DNA from: the human T2T-CHM13v2.0 reference genome, Homo sapiens
Reading direction: 5' to 3' (one strand)
NCBI RefSeq assembly: GCF_009914755.1
Contig: NC_060933.1
Length of the DNA stretch: 64,000 nt
Shown piece by piece: positions 12,477 through 26,119 of this stretch. Both the position numbers and the translations under genes were made by a program. The number at the start of each line of letters is the position of its first letter. The first letter of the stretch is position 1. The notes beneath the pieces are model-generated. The model did not search any database. It had not been told where the DNA came from and saw only the letters and a list, made by a program, of their open reading frames with translations.

Positions 12477-14002
12477 TAATTGCTCTGATCTTTTTAAAGT
12501 TTAAGATAAGTGTAAGATATTTAATTCTATGTTTGAATATCAATGTGTAGCGCGAAAACATATATATATTCCTCCAGGCTCAACCACACATGTGACAATG
12601 TCTCTTGGGGACGCAGCGGTGAATTCCTCTCACAGTATGTCTAAGGAGCATTGGCTCAGTGAGATTTCACATTCAGTGGATTTCAGCCATCTCATCAATT
12701 TCTCCATGCTACTGAAATCTCATTGTTCCACTCAGAATTTGTCTTTTCCCCAGGATGGCTTTCAAAGCATTTTACTGACTGTGTCAAGCCAGAGTAAGTA
12801 AAATGCTGATGAGTTTGGATTTCCTCCTCCAGTCTCTCGGCCTTTGTGTTTTATTGTTTTGTATCTCATTTCTATATGACATCAGATGCTGTATTAGAAA
12901 TTCCTGCTTGATCTTGAAATATATCAAAGGTACTGACTGATGAGGCATTAAACACAACTTAAATTCAGTCTTTAATCACTACCACTTTTAAAACATTTAA
13001 TAGTGTAATTACGAAAAATTCATAAAGACTTGGAAACTTCACATCATAATAAATTCAGATATTAGCGAGGCTGTCAGATGCTGTTACTCTATTCTAAATA
13101 CCAGTACCAGAAGGACGAGACAATTTCTCAACATATTTGGAAATAATACTTCAGGTTAAGATATGAGCTGGATGTCTTATTTTGGTCTATTCTTTTTCAT
13201 GTTTCCATGTTCCTTTCTCTTTTTCTTGAAAGATTAGACCTAGAATCTATCATAACCAACTAATGCATACTCTATATAAATTTGTTGATCAAATAAAATG
13301 TTAGAGCTATTTAAATTTATCATAACAGCTTTATTAAAAAACTTTTACTGGGCTTAGTTCAAGAACCAGCTTTGCTCTAACAATCCTGGGGCCCCATGTT
13401 ATTTAGTTGCCACATGGCCTCACATTCAAAGAAATACAATCTAAAAGCTAAAAGTAATTTTAACAGGAATTCTGTTCTTTCAGCATCTCTGAAATAGCTT
13501 ATAAGCGATTTATTTTTCAACTCACATCAATATTTATCAAAGTACTCTTTTTTTTAATAAAAAGAGAGGGCAGGGATTCACTATAACATATCACAGCTTG
13601 TTACAAATAATAAATATTTGCAAGTGATTAAAACAAATAAATATTTGCAAGGATAAACCAATAAAATAATGAAGAAAAATATAGAGCTTAGAAATAGACA
13701 TGTTTATAATGAGGACCATGAGATTGACAAAAGTGCATTATAAATCAGTGATAAAGTAGTAAAAAGGAAGAACTGTTCATTAAGTGGTGCTGAGGAAGTT
13801 GGCTATCAATAAAGGAAAAATAATACTATATCCCTACCTCACATCATTAGAAAACTTTATAGATTATGTTTATGGCCTTAGGTTAAAACATATTTCTTTC
13901 TAACTTGTATTTTATGTTCAAGGGTATAAGTGCAGGTTTGTTACGTAGGTAAACTTGTGTCATGGGGGTTTGTTGTACAGATTATTTCATCACCCAGGTA
14001 TT

Positions 14003-14152
14003 TCTTTTTTTTTTTTGGCTGTTGAATCCTTTTGAAGGATCTAAAAACAAATTTTATTAGAAAGAAAATGTATTTGCTTCTTTTTTTTATTATTATACTT
14101 TAAGTTCTAGGGTACATGTGCACAACATGCAGGTTTGTTACATATGTATACA
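14003..14152 (-). mobile_element. Tiny L1PA 3' end plus 3'-transduced flank
   Basis: Perfect 16-bp TSD TCATCACCCAGGTATT (13987-14002, 14153-14168); L1 terminus 14081-14152, non-L1 64 bp, second poly-A. Confidence 0.85.
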
Positions 14153-14176
14153 TCATCACCCAGGTATTAAGCTTAG

Positions 14177-14542
<366 letters not shown>

Positions 14543-15208
14543 CCATCCACCCTCTAAAAGGCCCTAGTGTGAGTTATTCCCCTCTATGTGTCCATGTGTT
14601 CTCATCATTTAGCTCCCACTTACAAGTGAGAACATGCAGTATTTGGTTTTCTTTTCCTGTGTTAGTTTGCTAAGCATAATGGACTTTGGCTTCATCCATG
14701 TCCCTGCAAAGGACATGATCTCATTCGTTTTTCATGGTAAAGCGCATTTCTTAATCAAGATCCCCAAAGCACACAGGATAAATGAATCTTCCTTTAAGTT
14801 TGATAACATTAAAATGAAGTTTCATTACGACAGCAACCACCAACACCACAAAGCCACAGATGGGAGAATATATACTGCCACAAATCAACAAAACACTAGT
14901 ATTCCGGACACATAGAGAACTCCTATAAATCAATAAAGAAAAGACAAAAGCTCAATAAGGAAAAGACAAGCTCAATTAAAATATGGCAAAAAATACAAAC
15001 TAGAAACTCACAGAAAATGAAGTCCGAATGGCCAATAAACATATTAAGCATGTGAGGGGTCCACTTTCAAAGTGATAAAGTAAATAAAAGTTAAAACAAT
15101 GGTAAGATAGCACTGATGAAATTTTAAAAATATACATGAAGACACCATGAATTGGCAAGTATACGAAGAAAAGGAACTCTGATACATTGCTATAAGATGG
15201 TTAAATTG

Positions 15209-16598
15209 GGAAGGATAGTCTCTTCAATAAATGGTGATGGAAAAACTGGATATGCACATGCAGAACAATGAAGCTAGACCCCTATCCTTTATCATATATA
15301 AAAATAAACTGTAAGAGGATTAAGGACTTAAATATAAGATCCAAAACAGTAAAACTATTAGAAGAAAACATAGGGGAAATGCTTCATGACATTAATTTAG
15401 ACAAGGATTTTTTTGACAAGAGCTCAAAAGCACAGGTAACAAAAGCAAAAATAGACAAATAAGATTATATCAAACTAAAAAGCTTCTGCACAGGAAAAGA
15501 AACAACCAACTGAGTGAAAAGACAACCTACAGAATGAAAGAAAATATTTTCGAACTGTGTGTCTGACAAGGGGTTAATATCCAGAATATATAAGGAACTG
15601 AAACAACCCAATAGCAAAAACAAACAAACAAAAACAATAAATTTTAAAATGTGCAAAATACCTGAATACGTATTTCTCAAAAGAAGACATACAAATGGCC
15701 AATAGGTATATGGAAAACCACTTATATAACTAATTATTAAGGAAATGCAAATTAAAACCTCCATGAGCTGTGACCTCACCCCAAATAGAATGGTTATTAT
15801 CAAAAAGACAAAAAAATACCAAATACTGGCCTGGATGTGGAAAAAGGGGAAGACTTATACATGGTTGGTGGGAATATAAATTATATAGTCATTTTGTAAA
15901 ACACTATGGAGATTTCTCAAAAAATTAAATAGAACTACCATATGATCCAGCAATCTCACTACTGAGTATATATTCAAAGGAAATACAGTCAGTAACTTGG
16001 AGAGATATCTGCATGTTTATTGCAGCACTATTCACAATAGCCAAGATGTAGAATCAACATAAATGTCCATCAGTGGATAAATGGATAAAGAAAATGTATA
16101 TATACACAATGGAATACTATTAAGCCATAAAAAGGAATATAATCCTGTCAGTGTGGCAACATGGATGAACCTGGAGGACATTACGTTAAGTGAAATAAGT
16201 TCTGGCACAGAAAAACAACTACTGCATGATCTCACTCATATGTGGAATCTAAATAAGTTGATCTCAAAAAAGCAGAGAGTAGAATAGTGGTTACCAGAGC
16301 CTGGGAGGGTGAGCAGGATGAGAGATGGGAAGAAATTGGTCAACAGCTACAAAGTTACAGTTAGATAAGAGAAATAAGTTGTCATGCTCTATTGTACAGT
16401 AGGGTAAATATTGTTAACAACATTGTATATTTCAAAAGAGCTAGAAGAGAGGATTTTGAATGTTTTCTTCACTAAGAAATGATAAATGAATGAGGTGATG
16501 GATATACAACTTATTATACAATGTATATATGTATCAAAACATCACACTGTACCCCATAAGTATATACAATTATTGTGTCAATTAAGCATAAATAAAAA
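15209..16598 (+). mobile_element. L1 (L1MA-type) ORF2 3' end and 3' UTR, within older L1M debris (~13600-17280)
   Basis: ORF2 remnant KLDPYPLSYIKINCKRIKDLNIRSKTVKLLEENIG; L1 3' UTR motifs; A-rich end. Confidence 0.85.
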
Positions 16599-17497
16599 GG
16601 TTCATCGATTTAAATCGTTCATCTATTTGAACAGTTTAAATTGGCTTATCTGTTAAATATTTCTCATAAAATTGAAGATTTACTTCTCTTGATGTATTTC
16701 TCCATAGATGCTGTAAAAAATTGCTCACAATTCTCCAGAAGGAAAAAGGCCACATTATTATTTAGAGCTTTGTAATAATGAAGAACTGAAACAATTAATT
16801 GTTCAATAGCCAATAACTAGATAAACAGAAGTTAATTTATTTATGTAATTCTATCCTGCAATAAAAAAGGAATAAACTGTATGCCATATGTGTCTACATA
16901 GATAGATATTTAAAAATTAATTTAGGGTTAACATGCAAACTATGCTCGTGTAATATATCAATTAAAACGTGGAACAACACTATATATTATTTATGGGCAC
17001 ATATATGCAGTAAAAGCACAAAAACAAGTATAAAAAGTATTTAAAAAGGTATTAAAAATTTCTTTGTAGTGGTTAACCCTAGAAAAGGAGAAAGCAAAGG
17101 GGATATGTGGGATGCACCTTTGGCTGTGCTGATAACATTCTGTGTTGTTTGTTTTAAAGGTCAGAAACAAATGTGACAACATGTCGATGTTTGTTAAATC
17201 TGAATGATAAGTACATTAGGTCATATGTTTTACTTCTCTTTATTTTTGAACTAAGTAATTAAGGTATTTCTCTAAATAAAAAATAAATGCTTCTAAGGTC
17301 ACATTCTCTAAAAAATGTTATTAGTTGAAAAGGGTGAGGTAGAGTGTAGAGAATTAGGTTTGTTCATTAGCAGAAAGGTCAGACAGGAAAAATTTGTCTC
17401 AGGTAAACCCAATTTATAATAAGAGTTATTAGTTTGGTGAATGCACTGTATATATCAGTAATATATATATCTTAAAAAGCATGGCTTCATGAAGTAA

Positions 17498-17907
<410 letters not shown>

Positions 17908-18199
17908 GAATAATTTTTACTATTAAATTTAATGGAACTACTTTGGCCAGTCTACACAGCCAATGGGCAGATTATCCTATTGGCCTATGGTAAAGAACAA
18001 ATCTCCTCTTAGGCCAGGTAGTCAAATCTAAAGAGGTTCTTAACATAAAGACACTATTATGAAGCACAGAATCCATGCTCTGAAAATTCTCTCCCATTTA
18101 AAGAAGGGGCAAAAATTTCTGCTGTTCATTCCTACTTAGTCATGAGCTATCCAACAAGAGAAAAAGAAAAAAAAAGTAGGACAAGAAGACAGAGTGTAG

Positions 18200-18656
<457 letters not shown>

Positions 18657-19376
18657 CTACAGCAAAGTAGACAACTGGCTCCATGTAATATTGAATTAGA
18701 ATTTCAGCAGAATTAGAATATTTATGAATGCTTTACTATTAATCCCAGAAACACGTGAAAGCTAGTTTGTTACTTAGTCTTAGAGGCTAAAGGCTTTCCG
18801 CACAGACTCCAGCACTTTGGACCCAAACTTGACCCCCACATCTTCATAGATTGTAGAAAATGAGTGATAGAACCATGTCTCTAAGTTTCTCACCATTCTT
18901 CAGATTATCTGGGTTAGTTTTGTTTTCTAAGTGAACATGTAGTGTGATGTGATTTTCAGAACAACATTGAGCCTTTCCTGTCCCTACCCAAGACATCACC
19001 CTCAATAGCTTGCTGATATCTGAAATTCTTTTAGCAAGAGAAAAAGGGCTTTAAGTTTCCAACTAGAGATTAGGTTTCAAGTTAAGTTTTCCTGGGAGAG
19101 AGAGCCCTATGGCCAACACTCTAACTCAGATAGAATGGCTGAGAGCAATTTATTTGGGGATCCAGGTTTGGATGGCAGAACAAATGCACTGGCTTTCTCA
19201 GACAAAGTGAGGAGACAAGGTTGGAGATTACAGGCAGAATGAAAGCAGAGGCTGCAGACACTGAGAACAAATTTACTATCTTTCCAGTTTGGCTGCAATG
19301 ACTGCTGTAAGGCTGGGCTGTAGAAATAGTTGAATTGTTAAGAAATCTGATGTAGTGCTTAATTTGTACCAGGTGA

Positions 19377-19708
<332 letters not shown>

Positions 19709-20905
19709 AATGTAGGCATTCTGATCCTCACTTTGGAGAGGAGAACACTGGGATTCAGTGATGAAACTTGCCCAGTATTATAGCACTAGTATATTGTGAG
19801 CCTGGGAATTGATAGCAGGTCCATCTGGCTTCAAAGACTATATTCTTCCCACTCTATTAAAAGCCCTTATTAAATATATCTTCAAATAGGACAATATTTG
19901 CTGCCTGAGAGCACTCAAGAATTTCATGAAGTAAATTGGAGAGTTTAAGGATGAATAAAAATCTATAGTTTCAAGATTTGTGCCATGATGGTGATGTCAG
20001 TAATACTGATAATAAAAATTAGAATAGCAATCATTCATTAATCACATATTTATTGTGTGAATAATAATATAGGCCAGCTGCTGTGATGCAATTTATATCA
20101 TATCAGCCTAACAGGATCACAAAATGGCATTATTCTCATCTAACCAATTGGAAAGTAGGGTTTACAGAGTATAAATAATTTGCCTAAAATTCTACATCAT
20201 GAAAATGATGGGGAGGTCATTCAATCCTGTGTTTGTCTGATTTCAAACTCATGCTGCTAATCATCATGTCGTATTGCCTCCAGCAGAGCATTGATGGAAA
20301 AGACATCTGGATATGCACCTGTCATTAAAGAGGTGGAATCTGTAATTTCTTAAAAGCCTTTGCATAGATGTATTGCTTCAGTCTTTAATCAGATGATCAG
20401 AAGAGAATAGAGAAACCAGGAAATCAGTTACTGGATTTACGAAGGCAGCTTCCCAGAAAGTAAATTTCTCGGGGTCCCAGGAAAAAAACAAATAAGACCC
20501 TGGCCAGTGTTGTTGTTGATACCTATATTCCATCAGTAAGGGAAAGGTTAAGGCAACTATGGTACACATTATTGAAAAGAATATGTAGTCAATAAAATAA
20601 ATTCATTAAAAGCTTATGATATAATTTTTAAAGGACATAATAGGAAATTGCATGTAGGTATGTTTATAACTATTTATAAAAATGCAGATTATTATTATTT
20701 TTTAAACCTTGAAGAATGTGCTCATAGCTGGGATGCAGGCCAGATATTCAGCAAAACTGTGAGAGAACATTTTCCTAAAGAGGAAAGTACAAACACCAGA
20801 GAATAATAATAATGATGTCCACCCTAAATTATTTGATGTAATACAAAAATTATATAAACCACCTGGCACATGTGTACTCATCTGCAAGATTTTGGAGGAG
20901 ATGAT

Positions 20906-20907
<2 letters not shown>

Positions 20908-20938
<31 letters not shown>
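20908..20938. repeat. (CA)n microsatellite
   Basis: Direct read. Confidence 0.95.
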
Positions 20939-20942
<4 letters not shown>

Positions 20943-21558
20943 GCTTAATGGAGTCTGTAAGCATTGGTCTTACCTAGTTCAGTGATAAATTCAAATATTG
21001 TCAGCTCCTTGGTATGAACCAATCATTCATTTTCTCTCCAAAAGTCTTAGAGCTGGAACAGTGAGAAAAGTCATGAGCTCAACCCTGAAGTGGAGAAGAG
21101 GCACATTCTTTGTTTTTCACCAGCCACAAGGCTACAGCAAGAGTATCTCCCTTTACCTGCCTGGATGGGAACCCAGGGGACTGGTGCCAGAAGTCTGTGG
21201 TGAGACACAGTTAGGGGCTAATTACTGTATTTCCCTTAATATTCCCAGTTGAAATGTGCCTTTGCCGGACACCAAGGACAGTCAACTCCTATGGGAATAT
21301 AAATAAGAACTTTTATTATGTACAGATTTTTTTTATTTATAAAGAACTTTCACATCTATAAGATTTTTTAAGCATCACAATAATATTTGATGTAGATAGT
21401 ATTTTTCCCATTTATTGAGTTTGACAATGTCTCAAAAGTAAATGGTTAAATGAGTATTCAAACATAAACACATTAACTTCAAACCTAAAGCCTGGTTTCA
21501 TTCTAGGCTTTCTTCCATGTTGCCTCCCTTATATTAGTGAGCTCTATATTTTAAATAA

Positions 21559-21885
<327 letters not shown>

Positions 21886-22300
21886 TATACAGACTTCCTC
21901 CTTCCCACATTCAATTTGGAACTGGAAGGAGAGGTGTTACTAGTCCCTGAGGATTAAGAACACTTTTCAAGGACTAGAGATTTATTTTCCTCATGGGAAA
22001 CACCTGAATACATGCAGGATTTATTTTTGGTTAGTGATGACACATAATAATAGTTGGAACAGACTCAGGGCTCAAAAAGTATTCTTTGACCATAAAAATG
22101 AGTGTGAGAATCTTCAGAAACCTGCTACATTCAGGTTGGCAAAAATATAAAAGAGACGGAGAATTAAGTGGAGGAGATTGCTTTTTTCATTATTTCTTTG
22201 AATAATTTGTGCATTCATTTACTCATTCAGAAGAATATTGTATAAATATGATGTGGCAAGAATTTTGTGAGGCACTGTAAGTAAAGAAAACACAAGTTTC

Positions 22301-22506
22301 TTTTTTTAAAATTTATTATACTCTAAGTTCTGGGGTACATGTGCAGAATGTGCAGGTTTGTTATATAGGTATACACATGTCATGGTGGTTTGCTGCACCC
22401 ATTACCCATCGTCTACATTAGGTATTTCTCTTAATGCTATCCCTCCCCTAACCCCCCCACCCATTGACAGGCCCTGGTGTGTGATGTTCCCATCTCTGTG
22501 TCCATG
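22301..22506 (-). mobile_element. 5'-truncated L1PA 3' end
   Basis: L1 terminus TTATTATACTCTAAGTTCTGGGGTACATGTGC; GAAAACACAA repeated on both flanks. Confidence 0.88.
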
Positions 22507-22658
22507 GGAAAACACAATTTTCTGTCCCCAAAGAGTTCCCAATCCATTGAATGAGATCGACAAAACCGTCCACATCAGACACTGTAATGAAGGTAAGAGC
22601 CGAGTGCTGTGGGAACACAAAGGGGGGCATCAAACCCAAATTAAAGGCATCAAGCAAG

Positions 22659-23963
22659 TGTTCTGTGTGGGAAACTTATGAGGGGAGAAGAAAAGACACA
22701 CACACCATTCCTTTATTCCATATATAAATATATATATATATATTTACACTCGCCAGACTACGGAGGATTCACCACCAGACTGGAAAGCAACAGCCTGGGT
22801 TCCAGAGTCAGATACAAAACTCACCAGACTGTGGAGGATTCACCACCAGACTGGGAAGAAACAGCCTGGGCTCCAGAGTCGGCCACTTGTCCGTGCACAG
22901 ACAAGGAGAGGTTTCATGAAGCTTCGGTGCTAGGGTCTGGGACCCTAGCTCTTTTTGTAAGAAGTTGTTTTGCATGAGGCCCAGTGACGAGGGCCCTTTG
23001 CGACTGGGCTCAAGGAACACAAAAAGATCAACTTGTTTTTGCAATTATCTATTGTTTTTCAATAACCAATGTATAGGAATAGATTGAAATAGAGATTTCT
23101 CCGAAACAGTGCTGGATGAATGCCTCAAGGGGCTCACACAACCTGTTCCCGGACTTGGTGACCATTGTTTGTGTCCACGTTCAATTGAGTTCAAATTTAA
23201 TATTTAACTTTTTCTCCACATTGGGCCTCAATTTGATACTCAGTTGTAGGAAAATACCCTTACAGATACATGGGGAAGGCACAGTTGATAGATTACAGAT
23301 ACATGGTAAGCACAGGAGAATTAAAAACGCAATTAATAAAAACCACACCTACGATAGCTTTGCAAGGAGAGTAATATTGTGAGAATTGTCAGGGATAGAC
23401 ACATAACATTTAGTATGCAGTAAGGCACAAACCCCTCCTTGGGCTGTGGTAAGCATATCTAATGCCTCTCGATTTTGCAACACAACAGTGCACGGCTGAG
23501 CAAATTCATCTGATAACATAAGTCCAGTGCTACTATCATTAAGAGCTTTTTCTACATGTAAGCTTAATATTTTAATTTGTTGCTGAAGCAGGATTGTACT
23601 GGTGGCAGGGGAGAATACTGTGATAGGGTACCATCATCAGGGAGTCTGGCACATTCATAACCAGTGATGTTTGTAAGCATCTAGATTACTGGGGAGGGAA
23701 TATTATCCCAGATGGTGAATGGAATTAATGGCCATCCCCAAATGCATCTCCCCATCCAATGTGGGGTGGTGAGTGTAAATATATATATATCTCTTTTCCT
23801 TTATCCCCTTCCCATTGCAACTTGCTTATTATATCAATTTGCTTATTATATCATTGGCTTGTTATATCTGCATTGCCATTTACGTGGGATAAAGCTTGTT
23901 TACCCTTAAAGGTATTTTGTGTGTGTCTTTTCTTCTCCCCTCATGCGTTTCCCACACAGAACA
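22659..23963 (-). mobile_element. ERV fragment (LTR18/HERV-S-like by recollection): LTR(-) 22659-23220, env TM remnant(-), inverted partial LTR(+) ~23767-23963
   Basis: Minus-strand translation VVLQNREALDMLTTAQGGVCALLHTKCY (~23400-23490); the two termini are reverse complements; 5-bp TSD GCAAG. Confidence 0.85.
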
Positions 23964-24139
23964 GCAAGTAGGCTTGTAGAAAGTTACAAGTAAGCAGAAA
24001 CTCAAGAAAATCAAAACAAGTAGAAGGTGATGTCAACAACATAGAGGCAGAGCAGTGAAAGGGAGAGAAACAGAGGAATAGGAAAAGACCTACAGAAGAG
24101 AAAGGATGGCAAATTTAGGAAACAATTGTCAGAAAAATT

Positions 24140-25430
24140 AGAGTGGCTAAAATGTACACTTGAACAGGGGAAGAGGTTCAGGATGAGTCCAGAGAAACTA
24201 GAAGGAATAAATCATGCAGGACCTTAGAAGCCATATTGAAGAATTTGCATATTACTCAAAAGGAAAGAAAGAGCCATGGAAGGACTTGATCAGCAGATTG
24301 ACAATCATACTAAACACAGTTGGTATAGTTCAGGAGTGGATAATGAGCATGTGTTTGCAGTGGGCAGAGGACATGTTGGCAGAGCAGGCATGGGGTAGTG
24401 GAATGCAAGACCAGAAGCAAAGAGACTCATTAGGAGAAGATGACAGTCATTTAGGTAAGAGATTATGAAAGTGTGTATAAGAGAGTGACCATGATGTTAG
24501 AACTATATTGATTTAAGTCTCCGTAGTCAGAATCTAATGGATATAGTAATTTTGATGTGAGTTGATTTTGATAAGAATGTAGAAAATAAGGAGAACAAAG
24601 GAGTTGAAAACCTCTCTAAATTTATGGCTTGGACAGCTGAGTGTATGGTTGTGCTATTCACTGAAGGCAATATAGAAGAAAAAGATTTGAGAAGTTGTAT
24701 TGCATAGAGTATGAGGTACCTATAGGTCATCCATGAGACAAATTTAGTAGGCAGGTGGATATATTTTGGATAGAGATAGAAATTCATGGACTGTCAACAT
24801 AGAGGAGGATGAGATTGCCTGAAAACAAATGAGGTTAGTAAAAGCTGAGGAAAAAGAAGAAGGAGGGGAGAGAAAGGGAGGAGAGAAGAGGAAAGGAGAA
24901 GGGAGAAAAGCAAGGAAAGGGAAGGGAATAGTTGCTGAGGACAGACCACAGGGAACATTGACAATTAAGATAGTAGCAGAGAAATAAAGCCCCCAAAAGA
25001 CATCAAATAACAACCAGAGATGGAGAAGGAGAATATAAAAATGTAGAGCCAAGGTTAAGTGCTGAAACCATTCATTGGATTTAGTAATAATGAGGATTTC
25101 GGTGACATGACTAGGAGCAATGCAAATAAAAGGTGGGAATGGAATCTAGATTACAGTGCATTGAATAATAAACAGGATGTGCACATGGTGGATGGTTAGA
25201 TTGATTCAACATTGAAGCTTTGGTGGAAGAGTGGGAAGGAAGGACCTTGTGGTAAAGACAGGCAAATTGGTAAGAGAACTATAAACCACGCAGCTCATCC
25301 TGAAGAGGTAAGAGTGAAGGCAAAACAAATTTTGGGGAAAAATGAACAGGATCAGAGACTGGATAGATTTATGAGGCCAAATATCCTATATAATGGGTAG
25401 GATAAAAAAGAGAGAAAAAAGAATTGAATG
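24140..25430 (-). mobile_element. Degraded L2 fragments (apparently continuing after 33998)
   Basis: Purine-rich L2-like motifs (GGATGAGATTGCC, GGTGGATATA, CATTGGATTTAG); old and approximate. Confidence 0.55.
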
Positions 25431-26119
25431 TTTAGATTTAACATTTTTTCTTTTTTAACTTTTGTTTTAGATTCAGGGGGTACATGTGCAAATGTGTTAC
25501 CTGGGCATATTGCATAATGCTGAGGTTTGGGGTATGAATTATCCCATCACCCAGGTACTGAGCATAGTACCTAACAGTTTTTCAACTGTTGCCTCCTCCC
25601 TCCCTCCCTTCTTTAACAGTTCCCAGTGTCCATTATTGCCACATAAGTCCTTGACTACCCAATGTTTAGCTCTCACTTATAAGTGAGAACATGTGGTATT
25701 TGGTTTTCTTTTCCTGAGTTAGTTCACTTAGGATAATGACCTCCAGCTGCATTCATATTCCTGCAAGGGACATGATTTCATTCTTTTTATGGCTTCATAG
25801 TATTCCATGGTATATATGTACCACATTTTTTTATTTAGTCCACCATTGATGAATACCTGGGTTGGTTCCATGTCTTTGCTATCGTGAATAGTACTGTGAT
25901 GAATATGCAAGTATATTTGTCTTTTTGGTAGAACAACTTGTTTTCCTTTGGATATATACCCAGTAATAGGATTTCTAGGTCAAATGGTAGTTCTGTTTTG
26001 AGTTCCTTGAGAAATCTACAAAGTGCTTTCCACAGTGTCTGAACTAATTAACATTTCCACTAACAGTGTATAAACATTCCCTTTTCTCTGCAGCCTCACC
26101 GACATTTATTGTTTTTGAC

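Noticed and set aside
22659-23963. Reading this element as a DNA transposon with TIRs
   Set aside because: The interior is retroviral env and LTR sequence and there is no transposase; the inverted ends are LTR termini.
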